Assembly (NCBI GenBank): GCA_964583845.1
Contig: CAZOXG010000001.1
Location: 1-46,660 of the forward strand
Length of the DNA stretch: 46,660 nt
Source: an uncultured Candidatus Saccharibacteria bacterium
Lineage (GTDB): Bacteria; Patescibacteriota; Minisyncoccia; Phycocordibacterales; GWA1-40-21
Reading direction: 5' to 3'
The notes beneath the pieces were generated by a model. The model saw nothing but the letters and a program-made list of their open reading frames with translations, was not told the origin of the DNA and ran no database searches. Position 1 is the stretch's first letter. Each line of letters begins with the position of its first letter. A program made the translations under genes and the position numbers. Positions 15,826 to 25,404 of the stretch are shown here, one piece after another.

Positions 15826-17343
15826 ATGAATAAATACAAACCAGTTACATTAATTGTTCTCGATGGTTGGGGTGAGAGATTTGATTTTAAAGATAATGCC
15901 ATTGCGGCCGCTAAAAAACCTTTCTATGATTCGCTAATACAAAAATACCCACACTCTTTATTAGAGGCTAGCGGACGAGCGGTTGGCCTGCCAGAAGGAC
16001 AGATGGGAAATAGTGAGGTAGGTCACACTACCATTGGAGCCGGTAGAGTGATCGCCAATGATCTAGTTCGTATTTCGGATGCTATTTCCACGGATGATTT
16101 TGTAAATAATCCAGCTTATATTAGATTATTTGATCACGTTAAGAAAAATAATTCAGCTTTGCATGTCTGTGGTTTGGTAAGTGTTGGTGGGGTCCATAGT
16201 CATATTGAACATTTAAAAGCCTTTTTAAAAACCGCCAAGGAAGCCGGTGTTCCTAAAATCTTCGTTCATGTTTTTACCGATGGTCGCGATACTGCACCAC
16301 AGAGTGCTTATGAATACATTTTAGATTTAGAAAATTATATGTTGGCAGAGCCTGGTGTTGGACGCATTGCTACTATCTCTGGACGTTTCTATGCTATGGA
16401 TCGTGATAACAACTGGGACCGTTTAAAACCAGTAGAGAATATGTTATTTGAAGGAATTGGCCCAAAAGCGCAAAGTTCCAAAGCTTCTGATTTAGTAAAA
16501 AAATTATATTCTGAAGGGCAGTTTGATGAGAGATTTGAACCATTTGTTTTGCCAAATGCTCAAGGCGAAACCGATGTGATTAAAGACAATGATGGAATCT
16601 TCTTTTTTAATTTCCGGGCTGATCGAGCTCGTATGTTGTCGTCAAAAATTTTGGAGCGACAGTCGAAGCAGAATTTTTATTTTGTAACAATGACTGAGTA
16701 TGATAAAAATTTCACGGCTGATGTTGCTTTTTCACCTCAGGAAATTCAGACAACTTTAGCGACAGAAGTTTCTTTGGCTAGTTTAACTCAATCTCATATA
16801 GCGGAGACAGAAAAGTTTCCCCATGCCACTTATTTCTTGAATGGTGGTCGTCAGGAACCGCATGAGGGTGAGAATCATATTTTAGTTCCAAGTCGTAAGG
16901 ATGTAAAAACTCACGATTTAGCTCCCAAAATGATGGCTAAAGAAATTGCCGATAAAGCGGTTGATGAAATAGAAAAAGGAATAGACTTTCTCTTTGTAAA
17001 TTTTGCTAACGCTGATATGGTGGGGCATACAGCCCAAGTTCCTGCCATTATTGAAAGTTTGGAAGCTGTTGACGGGGAATTAAAAAGGGTGGTCGAGGCT
17101 ACAATTGGAAAAGGAGGAATTGCAGTTGTTACAGCCGATCACGGAAATGCCGAATTAAATGTTGATCAAGAGACTGGCGAAATGCACACGGCCCATACTT
17201 TGAATCCCGTCCCGTTTATTGTAACTGACAGTAGCTTGAAAGTGATTGGTGGCACTCTAGCCGATGTTGCCCCAACAGTTTTGGAACTGCTAAATTTGAA
17301 TAAGCCAGTCAGTATGACGGGAAAGACTTTATTTATTAAATAA
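15826..17343 (+). CDS. gpmI: 2,3-bisphosphoglycerate-independent phosphoglycerate mutase
   Basis: 505 aa: LIVLDGWG, GNSEVGH..IGAGR, TADHGNAE. TATAAT at 15811-15816 lies 9 nt upstream of the ATG. Confidence 0.95.
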   Translation: MNKYKPVTLIVLDGWGERFDFKDNAIAAAKKPFYDSLIQKYPHSLLEASGRAVGLPEGQMGNSEVGHTTIGAGRVIANDLVRISDAISTDDFVNNPAYIRLFDHVKKNNSALHVCGLVSVGGVHSHIEHLKAFLKTAKEAGVPKIFVHVFTDGRDTAPQSAYEYILDLENYMLAEPGVGRIATISGRFYAMDRDNNWDRLKPVENMLFEGIGPKAQSSKASDLVKKLYSEGQFDERFEPFVLPNAQGETDVIKDNDGIFFFNFRADRARMLSSKILERQSKQNFYFVTMTEYDKNFTADVAFSPQEIQTTLATEVSLASLTQSHIAETEKFPHATYFLNGGRQEPHEGENHILVPSRKDVKTHDLAPKMMAKEIADKAVDEIEKGIDFLFVNFANADMVGHTAQVPAIIESLEAVDGELKRVVEATIGKGGIAVVTADHGNAELNVDQETGEMHTAHTLNPVPFIVTDSSLKVIGGTLADVAPTVLELLNLNKPVSMTGKTLFIK

Positions 17344-17359
17344 AGAGATTGATAGTAGA

Positions 17360-17405
17360 CAGGCCGGCAATTTCGCAGAGCGAAATTGCCGGCCTGGTTG
17401 TTTTT
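17360..17405 (+). terminator. Intrinsic terminator after gpmI
   Basis: 16-bp stem caggccggcaatttcg / cgaaattgccggcctg plus T-run. Confidence 0.8.
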
Positions 17406-17436
17406 AGCCTAAAAACCATTATAATTGAAATCACTT

Positions 17437-18480
17437 ATGACCAACAAAATTCAAACGCTATTTTTTCTTTCTGTTCTGGGATTAGTTATTGGTTTAACAA
17501 TTTTAGTTTTTTGGCCATATGCTGGCTCTTTGCTGTTAGCAGGACTTTTTGCTGTTGCGCTTTATCCTATTTATGAGTGGGTTTTAAAGATGTGTAATGG
17601 ATGGTCTAAAACAGCGTCTGTCTTATCCGTTGTTATTATCCTTTTAGTGGTCTTGTTGCCACTTATTTTCCTCGGATATCTAATGTTTCTAGAAGCCCAA
17701 AATGTTTATAGTTGGTTGACTTTACAAGGTGGACAAATTAGTTTTATGTCTAAAAGTTTGATAGCAATTCAGGATAAAATTAATTTGATTTCTCCTGACA
17801 TAAAACTTAATTGGGATTTTGGAGCTTATGCTGAAACTGGTCTGAATTGGCTAGTTGGTCACTTCAGTTCTTTCTTTTCTAGTACCATGGGTATACTAAT
17901 GAATTTAATATTGATGATCATGGCCATCTTTTACATGTTTGCTAATGGAAAAGAAATATTGAAAATATTTAAAAAAATAAGTCCTCTGGACGATTTATTG
18001 GATGAAAAAATATTTTCTAGAATATCTCAAGCTATTAATTCTGTTGTTCGTGGCTACTTTTTGATGGCCTTATTACAAGGATTGTTGTCCTCTTTGGGGT
18101 TGTATATATTTGGCGTTTCCAATCCACTTTTGTGGGGGGCGGCCGCAGCTATTGCTTCATTTGTCCCAGTTTTCGGGACCGCTTTGGTCTTTATACCAGC
18201 CATAATATTTTTGTTTGTAAGTGGTAATTTAGGTGGAACAATCGGCTTGGCCGTGTGGGGCTTTTTATTGGTTAGTTTAGTTGATAATGTAGTTATGCCT
18301 TTAATCATAAGAAGAGGTCTTGCTATTAATCCGTTTCTCATTCTTTTATCAGTTTTAGGTGGAATGAGTTTCTTTGGTCCGCTAGGTATTTTTATTGGCC
18401 CTCTAGCCCTAAGTCTACTGATAGTATTGTTAGAATTTTATCCATTAATTATTAAAAAAAATGTTTCGAAAGATTGTTAA
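17437..18480 (+). CDS. AI-2E family transporter (PerM/YdiK-like permease)
   Basis: Polytopic membrane protein with the family-typical ...VRGYFLMALLQGLLSSLGLYIFGV..PLLWG...ASFVP.FG... region. ATG 17437 is preferred over the TTG at 17425. Confidence 0.75.
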   Translation: MTNKIQTLFFLSVLGLVIGLTILVFWPYAGSLLLAGLFAVALYPIYEWVLKMCNGWSKTASVLSVVIILLVVLLPLIFLGYLMFLEAQNVYSWLTLQGGQISFMSKSLIAIQDKINLISPDIKLNWDFGAYAETGLNWLVGHFSSFFSSTMGILMNLILMIMAIFYMFANGKEILKIFKKISPLDDLLDEKIFSRISQAINSVVRGYFLMALLQGLLSSLGLYIFGVSNPLLWGAAAAIASFVPVFGTALVFIPAIIFLFVSGNLGGTIGLAVWGFLLVSLVDNVVMPLIIRRGLAINPFLILLSVLGGMSFFGPLGIFIGPLALSLLIVLLEFYPLIIKKNVSKDC

Positions 18481-18877
18481 TTTCTTTGATAAGTTTGAAG
18501 ATCATGTTCGTGGCCGGATTAGTAAACGCCCGATATTATTTGCTTTTGTAGGAGGTTTCGCGGTGGTTGAATTTTGGCGTGGAGTTTGGCATTTAACCGA
18601 TTTTGTTCTTGATAAATGTGGTTATACAATCGAAAGTTGGGAAAGTTCCGTTATTTCAATTGTAGTTGGTAGTTTTATAATGTTAGCGACCGGACTTTAT
18701 ATTTCAATCTTTGTGGGAGACAGTGTTATTATTTCTGGTATTAAAAGAGAGAAGAAATATTTTGAAAAGACTGAAGCGGAATTTAAGGAAGAAGAAAAAG
18801 AAATTACTAGTATTGAAATTCGTTTAGATAGAATGGAAAAACTTCTGGAAGAAATTAAAAATAAAAAAAATGAGTAA
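18461..18877 (+). CDS. Hypothetical 2-TM membrane protein with a charged coiled-coil tail
   Basis: 138-aa ORF. It overlaps the upstream gene by 20 nt and the downstream gene by 8 nt, which suggests translational coupling. Confidence 0.6.
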   Translation: MFRKIVNFFDKFEDHVRGRISKRPILFAFVGGFAVVEFWRGVWHLTDFVLDKCGYTIESWESSVISIVVGSFIMLATGLYISIFVGDSVIISGIKREKKYFEKTEAEFKEEEKEITSIEIRLDRMEKLLEEIKNKKNE

Positions 18878-19769
18878 GATTAAGGTTGTAACTCATAATG
18901 GTAAATTTCATGCTGATGATGTTTTTTCCGTGGCTTTGGTGAGTTTACTTGAGACTAATAAAGAATTAGAAATTATTAGGACTAGAGATGAAAAAGTTTT
19001 TGAAACTGCTGACTGGTTGTTGGACGTCGGTGGTAAAATTGATATTTTAAAAAAACAATTTGATCATCATCAGATTGGATACTCAGAGAAAAGAATTAGT
19101 AACGGACTCATTTATGCCACTATCGGTTTATTGTGGCGAGAATATGGAGAAAAACTGGTTGGCAGCAAAGAAGCGGCTGAGAATATTGATAAAAAATTAA
19201 TCGAGTATGTTGATGCTGGAGACAATGGTGTCTCTTGTAAAACTCAAAAAGACATTGTCCATGCTTATACAGTTTATGATTTACTAGACGAAGCTCTGAA
19301 CCCAACTTGGCGAGAAGCTGATCAGGATGGCGATGATAATTTATCTCGTTTTTTACAAGCGGTAGAGATTGCTAAAGTTATTTTAAAAAGAGAGATTAAA
19401 AGAGCTCAGGATTTTGTTTTAGATAAACAGATTATTTTAGATATTTATAATAAAACTGAAGACAAAAGAGTGTTGATATTTGATAAACATTACGCTTGGA
19501 GATCAATTGTGGCCAATTTACCAGAAGTGACATTCATTGTTGGATACGATAAGCCGAATGATAAATGGCGATTGGCAACAGTTGAAGAAGATGAGACACT
19601 CATACCAAGAAAAAGTTTGCCGGCTAGTTGGGCAGGTAAAAAAGGAAAAGAATTGCAAGAAATTACGGGTGTGGATGATGCTGATTTTTGTCATAATAAA
19701 TTATTTATCAGTGGATCCAAAAGTTTGGCCGGAGCTTTGAAAATGGCGAAGCTGGCATTAGAAAATTAG
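18870..19769 (+). CDS. MYG1/UPF0160-family metal-dependent hydrolase
   Basis: KVVTHNGKFHADDVFSVALV ... DHHQ pattern typical of MYG1. Confidence 0.75.
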   Translation: MSKIKVVTHNGKFHADDVFSVALVSLLETNKELEIIRTRDEKVFETADWLLDVGGKIDILKKQFDHHQIGYSEKRISNGLIYATIGLLWREYGEKLVGSKEAAENIDKKLIEYVDAGDNGVSCKTQKDIVHAYTVYDLLDEALNPTWREADQDGDDNLSRFLQAVEIAKVILKREIKRAQDFVLDKQIILDIYNKTEDKRVLIFDKHYAWRSIVANLPEVTFIVGYDKPNDKWRLATVEEDETLIPRKSLPASWAGKKGKELQEITGVDDADFCHNKLFISGSKSLAGALKMAKLALEN

Positions 19770-19771
19770 CT

Positions 19772-19816
19772 AAAACAAAGGTGGAGCAACCTCAGGTTGC
19801 TCCACCTTTGTTTTTT
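19772..19816 (+). terminator. Intrinsic terminator with a perfect 20-bp stem
   Basis: aaaacaaaggtggagcaacc tca ggttgctccacctttgtttt. Confidence 0.85.
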
Positions 19817-19846
19817 GGCCTTTTTAGGGTATAGTATGAATAATCT

Positions 19847-20878
19847 ATGAAATTTATCGACGAATTACAAGTGCATATGAATGCTGGCCGGGGTGGCGAT
19901 GGCGTTGTTCGCTGGTTACGTGAGCGTGCTAAACCTCTGTGTGGTCCAGCTGGTGGAAACGGCGGTAAAGGCGGTGATGTTTTTGCGCGGGCAGTTTCCA
20001 ATGTTAATATTTTAGGGCGCTATAAAAACTCCAAAGAATTTAAGGCTGGAGATGGTTTTCCTGGTGAAAAGAAAAGCTGTCATGGTGCCAATGGTGATGA
20101 CTTTACCCTTGATCTTCCAATTGGTTCGATTATCAAGAATTTGACCACTGGTAAGATATATCAATTATTGAAAACTGATGAAACTATCAAGTTGCTTTCT
20201 GGTGGCCGTGGCGGTTTAGGTAATGAACATTTTAAGGGTTCAACTAATCAGCGTCCGAAAGAGTGGACACCTGGTAAAGATGGCGACGAAGGGGACTTTG
20301 AAATTGAGCTAGAACTTATCGCCGACGCAGGTATTATTGGTTTGCCCAATGCTGGTAAATCTAGTTTGATAAATGTTTTAACTAATGCAGGATCAAAAAT
20401 AGGCGACTATCAGTTTACAACTTTGGAACCTGTCCTCGGTGATATGCATGGTTATATCTTAGCTGATATTCCTGGTTTGATTGAAGGTGCTCATGAGGGA
20501 CGTGGTCTTGGTGATAAATTCTTACGCCATATTAAAAGAACTAAAATGTTGATACATTGTATTTCTTTGGAAAACCCTGATCTTTTGAAAGTTTATGACA
20601 CAATTCGTGAAGAGTTAGAAGCTTATAGTCCAGATTTAGCCCAGAAAAAAGAAATTGTCGTTCTCACTAAAACTGATGTTTTGAATGATGAAAAAGAATT
20701 GGCTAAGGCTATTAAAAAAATAAGTAAGCGCAATCCAGATGTTTACACTCTTACTATCTTAGACGACAAAGGAATAAAGAATTTTAAAGATGAATTAGTA
20801 AAAATAATTCGTATCGAAAGAAAGAAAATAGAAGAAAAACCAGAAGTACCATTAGAAAAAGAATTTTCATTTGAATAA
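19847..20878 (+). CDS. obg: GTPase Obg/CgtA
   Basis: Gly-rich Obg fold (GGDGVV..., GGNGGKGGDV) followed by the G-domain GLPNAGKSSL, DIPGLIEGA, TKTD. Confidence 0.95.
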   Translation: MKFIDELQVHMNAGRGGDGVVRWLRERAKPLCGPAGGNGGKGGDVFARAVSNVNILGRYKNSKEFKAGDGFPGEKKSCHGANGDDFTLDLPIGSIIKNLTTGKIYQLLKTDETIKLLSGGRGGLGNEHFKGSTNQRPKEWTPGKDGDEGDFEIELELIADAGIIGLPNAGKSSLINVLTNAGSKIGDYQFTTLEPVLGDMHGYILADIPGLIEGAHEGRGLGDKFLRHIKRTKMLIHCISLENPDLLKVYDTIREELEAYSPDLAQKKEIVVLTKTDVLNDEKELAKAIKKISKRNPDVYTLTILDDKGIKNFKDELVKIIRIERKKIEEKPEVPLEKEFSFE

Positions 20879-20943
20879 AAAAAGACAAATTATAATCCTT
20901 AAAACTTAACGAATCGTAATTAACGAATAAAGAAAAAATAATT

Positions 20944-22356
20944 ATGAGTGAATACAAAACAACTGTAGGCTTAGAAATTCACGCTGAACTTAAAACCAAA
21001 ACGAAGATGTTTTGTAATTGTGTGAATAATGCCGATGAAGAAAGACCGAATGTGAACATTTGTCCTATTTGTATGGGGCACCCAGGCACTTTACCAGTTT
21101 TGAATTTTCAAGCGATTAAAAACGTTGTGAAAGTTGGCTTGGCTATAGGATCAAAAATTGCTGACTTCACCGAATGGGACCGCAAAAATTATTTCTACCC
21201 AGATATTCCAAAAGGTTATCAAATCTCTCAGTATAAATATCCGATAGTCACTGGCGGTCAGATTAATGGTGTGGAAATAACTCGTATACATCTTGAAGAA
21301 GATACCGCCAGCTCTTCTCATGATACTGGAGATCACTCACTAGTTGATTTTAACCGTGCTGGTGTACCACTGATGGAACTTGTGACTGAACCAGTAATAC
21401 ATAGTGCCGAGCAAGCTTCTTCTTTTGCTAAAGAGTTACAGTTGATTTTGCAGTATCTAGGAGTTTCCGATGCTAATATGGAAAAAGGTGAAATGCGCGT
21501 GGAGGCCAATATTTCTGTCAGTACTGATCCAAACAAATTTGGTACCAAAGTGGAAGTAAAAAACCTGAACTCGTTTAAAACTGTGGAAAAGGCAATTGCT
21601 TACGAGGTTAAGCGTCATATTAGTGTTTTGGACGATGGCGGAAAAATTGTCCAAGAAACTCGTGGTTGGGATGAGGCAAAACAAGCAACTTATTCTCAGC
21701 GTATCAAAGAAAATTCTAATGATTATCGTTATTTTCCAGATCCTGATTTACCAAAGATGAAGATTTCCGAAATGTCGGAATTAGCCGTGGATATTTTGAA
21801 AAAAGAAATTCCAGAACTACCAAAAGATAAACGCATTCGTTATGCGAGTGAATTTGGTATTAAAGGTGAAGATATAGAAATTTATATAAACGATAGGGAA
21901 TTGGCCGGATATTTTGAATCAGTAGTAGGAGAGTTGGGAGATAAAAAAGATTTGGTTAAGACCACTTCTAATTATATTGTTTCTGACCTAATTTCTTTGA
22001 GCCGAAATCCAGATTATAAACAGCCGGAAGCAAAAAGTTTTGCCAATTTAATAAAGATGATTGGTGCCGGTGAATTATCTAGTCGTGGTGCTAAAGATAC
22101 TTTGGCGGTGATGGTGATTTCTGGAGGTGAACCAACAGGCATCGCTAAAGAAAAGGGTTTGATTCAAAAAAATAACGTCGAAGAAATTATCCCGCTCATA
22201 GAAAAGGTTTTGGAGGATAATCCAAACGCTATCGCTGAATATAAAGCTGGTAAGCAGTCCATTCTAATGTTCTTGGTTGGTCAGGGGATGAAAGCAACTA
22301 AAGGTGCTGGTAATCCAGAAATGTTAAAAAAGATTATTTTAGAAAAAATTAGTTAA
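20944..22356 (+). CDS. gatB: Asp-tRNA(Asn)/Glu-tRNA(Gln) amidotransferase subunit B
   Basis: GLEIHAEL.TKTKMFC.C, CPICMGHPGTLP, RIHLEEDT, RVEANISV. Confidence 0.95.
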   Translation: MSEYKTTVGLEIHAELKTKTKMFCNCVNNADEERPNVNICPICMGHPGTLPVLNFQAIKNVVKVGLAIGSKIADFTEWDRKNYFYPDIPKGYQISQYKYPIVTGGQINGVEITRIHLEEDTASSSHDTGDHSLVDFNRAGVPLMELVTEPVIHSAEQASSFAKELQLILQYLGVSDANMEKGEMRVEANISVSTDPNKFGTKVEVKNLNSFKTVEKAIAYEVKRHISVLDDGGKIVQETRGWDEAKQATYSQRIKENSNDYRYFPDPDLPKMKISEMSELAVDILKKEIPELPKDKRIRYASEFGIKGEDIEIYINDRELAGYFESVVGELGDKKDLVKTTSNYIVSDLISLSRNPDYKQPEAKSFANLIKMIGAGELSSRGAKDTLAVMVISGGEPTGIAKEKGLIQKNNVEEIIPLIEKVLEDNPNAIAEYKAGKQSILMFLVGQGMKATKGAGNPEMLKKIILEKIS

Positions 22357-22493
22357 GAAAAATGGCGGATTCTATAATGGAATTCGCTGTTTTTTGTACT
22401 AATCCTAATAATTACTATTTTGTAGTCCGTGTAATTGTTCTTTTTTTATTTATATATGGTAAAATAAAAGGTGTAATTTAACCAGTTATTTAT

Positions 22494-25265
22494 ATGCATA
22501 TTAAAATTGTAAAATTTTGCGCAGTCGTCTTGTTAACGTTTTGGATTTCGGTGGGAATGGTTTCAGCCGGTAATATCGGTACTGGAACAACTTCCTCGTC
22601 AACATTGGCATATGGCCACAATAATACAATTGGCTATATAAATTTTGGTTTGTCGGGAACTTCTAGTGTGACGGTATCTAATAGTGAACTAACTGGTTAT
22701 GCTTGGGGACAAAATGTTGGCTGGATTAATTTACATTCAACTTCTTCAACCTGGGGAGTCATTAACGACGGAGCCGGTAATTTGTCGGGCTATGCTTGGG
22801 GAGAAAACTTGGGTTGGATTAATTTTAACGCTGCTACTAGTGGTCAAAGAGTAACTATTGATAGTAGTGGTGATTTTCATGGTTTTGCCTGGTCACAAGC
22901 TCGCGGTTGGATATCTTTCAATTGTCTGGACAGTGGCTCTTGTGGTACAAATTTTTATAAAGTAAATACTACCTGGACACCGGGGGTAGCTATTCTTGCC
23001 ACTTGTAGTCCGAGTGTTTCTTCGATACCAATGGGTAATAGTGTTACTTGGACAGCGAACGCTTCCGGTGGTAATGGAACCTTTACTTATGCTTGGACTG
23101 GCACGGATACTTTAAGCGGAACAACTGCTGCTGTTGGTAAAATATATTCTTCAGTTGGTTCCAAAACTGCAACTGTCACAGTATCTTCAGGTGCAACCTC
23201 AACCATTCAAAGTTGTGGTTCTATGAATGTTACCGGCAGTAGTGGTGGTACCGGTGGCATAACACCCCCACCCCCAGCGACTAGTTGTAATAATGGTGCA
23301 ATAAACTATTCAACTTGCACAATATGTGCTACTGGTCAGGGAATGTACAATGGTTCATGTACTACTTGTCCAACTGGAACTACCTTATCTGCGGGGACGT
23401 GTGTAGTGAGTACTTGTGAAAATAATGCAACAAATTATCCTACCTGTACAACTTGCGCAGCTGGAAAGGGGCTATTTAGTGGTTCTTGTGTTTCTTGTCC
23501 GGCCGACACCGCTTTATTAGATGGAATTTGTGTAGCCAATAGTTCTTGTGTGAATAACGCAACAAATTTTCCAGCCTGTACAACCTGTGTCTCCGGTAAG
23601 GGTATTTTTAATGGTACCTGTTCAACTTGCCCGAGTAATACTACTTTAAAAAACAACGTTTGTGTGATTACTGGTTGTTTGAATCAAGCCACGAATCCAC
23701 CTACTTGCGATAATAATGTTTGTACCAATGGTGCGACAAATTTTCCCACTTGTGACAACGTTTGTTTAAATAAAGCGACTAATTATCCTGACTGTAATAA
23801 TATTTGTTTGAACAGCGCTACTAATTTTCCAGCTTGTGATAATGAAGAAACTGTTTGTAAAAATAATGCTACGAATCCTCCAACCTGTGATAATGACGTG
23901 TGTACAAACGGGGCTTCAAACTTTCCAGCCTGTGACAATATTTGTACAAACGGTGCGACAAATTTTTCCACTTGTGACAATGTATGTTTGAATGGTGCTA
24001 CCAATTATCCAACTTGTAATAACGATGTTTGTAGTAATGGTGCTACCAATTACCCGGCTTGTGATAACAATATAACCCCTCCACCACCAAATAATCCACC
24101 AACAACCCCTCCAGATACTAGTATTTCAGACACCGGCAACGGTAATAATGTTATTTCTACCAATGATAATGGCACTGTTGAGGTAAAGATAGGTGCAATT
24201 TCAATTCCAATTGTTCCAGCTTTTATTGCCCAGTCAGCTTCTGAATCTTATCAGGCTATAAAAAATGTAACTCAACAGACAGCGGTGGCTACTAAAAAAG
24301 CCATTAATACTACATCTGGTTCTGTAACAACTAAAGCAATCACGACAACTGGCGTGGTGGCTGCAGGTGCAACCGCTACTCTTTCTCTTGTATTTAATCC
24401 GATGTCATTACCGGAAATATTCTTACTCCCATTACGTTTGTGGGGCTTGTTGATGAGTGCTCTCGGTTTGCGTAAGCGTAATCGTCCATGGGGAACGGTA
24501 TATGACAGTATTACTAAACAACCACTGGATCCAGCTTATGTAGTTCTTCAAGATGAATTTGGAAAAGAGATTACCACTTCAATTACTGACCTTGACGGAC
24601 GTTATGGTTTCTTTGCAAACAAAGGAAATTATAAAATCGTTGCTAATAAAACCAATTATATATTTCCATCCAAACGGTTAGTTGGAAAACAGTTCGATGA
24701 GCTCTATAAAGATTTATACTTTGGAGAATCATTAATGGTTTCAGAGGACGGTGGAGTTATTGCTAAAAATATTCCTTTAGATCCTGAAAAATTTGACTGG
24801 AACGAAGTTGCAAAGAAGAACATGGGTGTGATGCGTTTCTATTCCAAGTACGATTTGATTATTAAGAAACTTACTAATTGGTTGTTTGGTATCGGCGTAG
24901 TGATCTCAGTTCTTGCTTTCTGGTCCGCACCCTTCTTATATAACTCAATTATTTTAGGACTTTACCTCGTGATGTTGCTACTCAGAGTTTTTGGAGTTAG
25001 ACCGAAATATTTTGGTTGGATCTTGGATAAAAATACTGGTTTCCCGATGGCCTTTGCAATTGTTCGTCTTTACTCATTGGATATGGAAAGAGAAATGGCT
25101 AAGAAAGTTTGTGATAGTTCCGGTCGTTATTATGCTCTAGTGCCTCCAGGTCAGTATACTGTTACTATTGATCGTAAAAATCAGGATGAAACTTATACCA
25201 CAATTTATACCTCACCAGTTTTGATGGCGAAGAAGGGAGTTATAAATCAAGTTTTTAAGGTTTAA
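22494..25265 (+). CDS. 923-aa secreted/membrane-anchored mosaic surface protein
   Basis: Domain order: signal peptide MHIKIVKFCAVVLLTFWISVGMVSA; three G[YF]AW(G/S)xxxGWI(N/S)(L/F) repeats; a PKD-like Ig domain (..VTWTANASGGNGTFTYAWTG..); a Cys-rich repeat array; a Pro-rich linker; TM segments; and two carboxypeptidase-regulatory-like beta-sandwich domains (GTVYDSITKQPLDPAYVVL..DLDGRYGF; GWILDKNTGFPMAFAIVRL..DSSGRYYA). Confidence 0.8.
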   Translation: MHIKIVKFCAVVLLTFWISVGMVSAGNIGTGTTSSSTLAYGHNNTIGYINFGLSGTSSVTVSNSELTGYAWGQNVGWINLHSTSSTWGVINDGAGNLSGYAWGENLGWINFNAATSGQRVTIDSSGDFHGFAWSQARGWISFNCLDSGSCGTNFYKVNTTWTPGVAILATCSPSVSSIPMGNSVTWTANASGGNGTFTYAWTGTDTLSGTTAAVGKIYSSVGSKTATVTVSSGATSTIQSCGSMNVTGSSGGTGGITPPPPATSCNNGAINYSTCTICATGQGMYNGSCTTCPTGTTLSAGTCVVSTCENNATNYPTCTTCAAGKGLFSGSCVSCPADTALLDGICVANSSCVNNATNFPACTTCVSGKGIFNGTCSTCPSNTTLKNNVCVITGCLNQATNPPTCDNNVCTNGATNFPTCDNVCLNKATNYPDCNNICLNSATNFPACDNEETVCKNNATNPPTCDNDVCTNGASNFPACDNICTNGATNFSTCDNVCLNGATNYPTCNNDVCSNGATNYPACDNNITPPPPNNPPTTPPDTSISDTGNGNNVISTNDNGTVEVKIGAISIPIVPAFIAQSASESYQAIKNVTQQTAVATKKAINTTSGSVTTKAITTTGVVAAGATATLSLVFNPMSLPEIFLLPLRLWGLLMSALGLRKRNRPWGTVYDSITKQPLDPAYVVLQDEFGKEITTSITDLDGRYGFFANKGNYKIVANKTNYIFPSKRLVGKQFDELYKDLYFGESLMVSEDGGVIAKNIPLDPEKFDWNEVAKKNMGVMRFYSKYDLIIKKLTNWLFGIGVVISVLAFWSAPFLYNSIILGLYLVMLLLRVFGVRPKYFGWILDKNTGFPMAFAIVRLYSLDMEREMAKKVCDSSGRYYALVPPGQYTVTIDRKNQDETYTTIYTSPVLMAKKGVINQVFKV
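23284..24072 (+). repeat. In-frame coding tandem repeats: 3 long (~42 aa) plus 9 short (13-17 aa) Cys-rich units, C-x-N-x-A-[TS]-N-x-[PS]-x-C-[DN]-N
   Basis: Examples: CTNGATNFPTCDNV, CLNKATNYPDCNNI, CKNNATNPPTCDNDV, CSNGATNYPACDNN. The long units add C..C.SG.G.F.G.C..CP..T.L....C. Confidence 0.85.
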
Positions 25266-25274
25266 TTTTTAGAA

Positions 25275-25311
25275 AAAAGTCGGCAATTACAAAAAGTAAT
25301 TGCCGACTTTT
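25275..25311 (+). terminator. Intrinsic terminator (16-bp stem)
   Basis: aaaagtcggcaattac aaaaa gtaattgccgactttt. Confidence 0.85.
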
Positions 25312-25404
25312 AATTTGATTTGAGTATAGTATTTTTGCTTGTATTGTAATACGTTTTTTGATAAAATATACACAGTTAACGATTCATTTCGCGCACTATT
25401 TTAT

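Noticed and set aside
17349-17576. 75-aa plus-strand ORF starting in the gpmI terminator.
   Set aside because: It begins inside the terminator hairpin and overlaps, out of frame, the AI-2E transporter gene, which has clear family features.
19792-20001. Minus-strand 69-aa ORF rich in Pro (..PPLPPFPPAGP..).
   Set aside because: It is the antisense reading of the Gly-rich Obg N-terminal domain (GGNGGKGGD) and of the preceding terminator.
23284-24072. Periodic DNA repeats that could be taken for a CRISPR array or a DGR variable region.
   Set aside because: The repeats are in frame inside a long ORF and encode Cys-rich peptide units of variable length. There are no unique spacers, no reverse transcriptase and no template repeat in the window.
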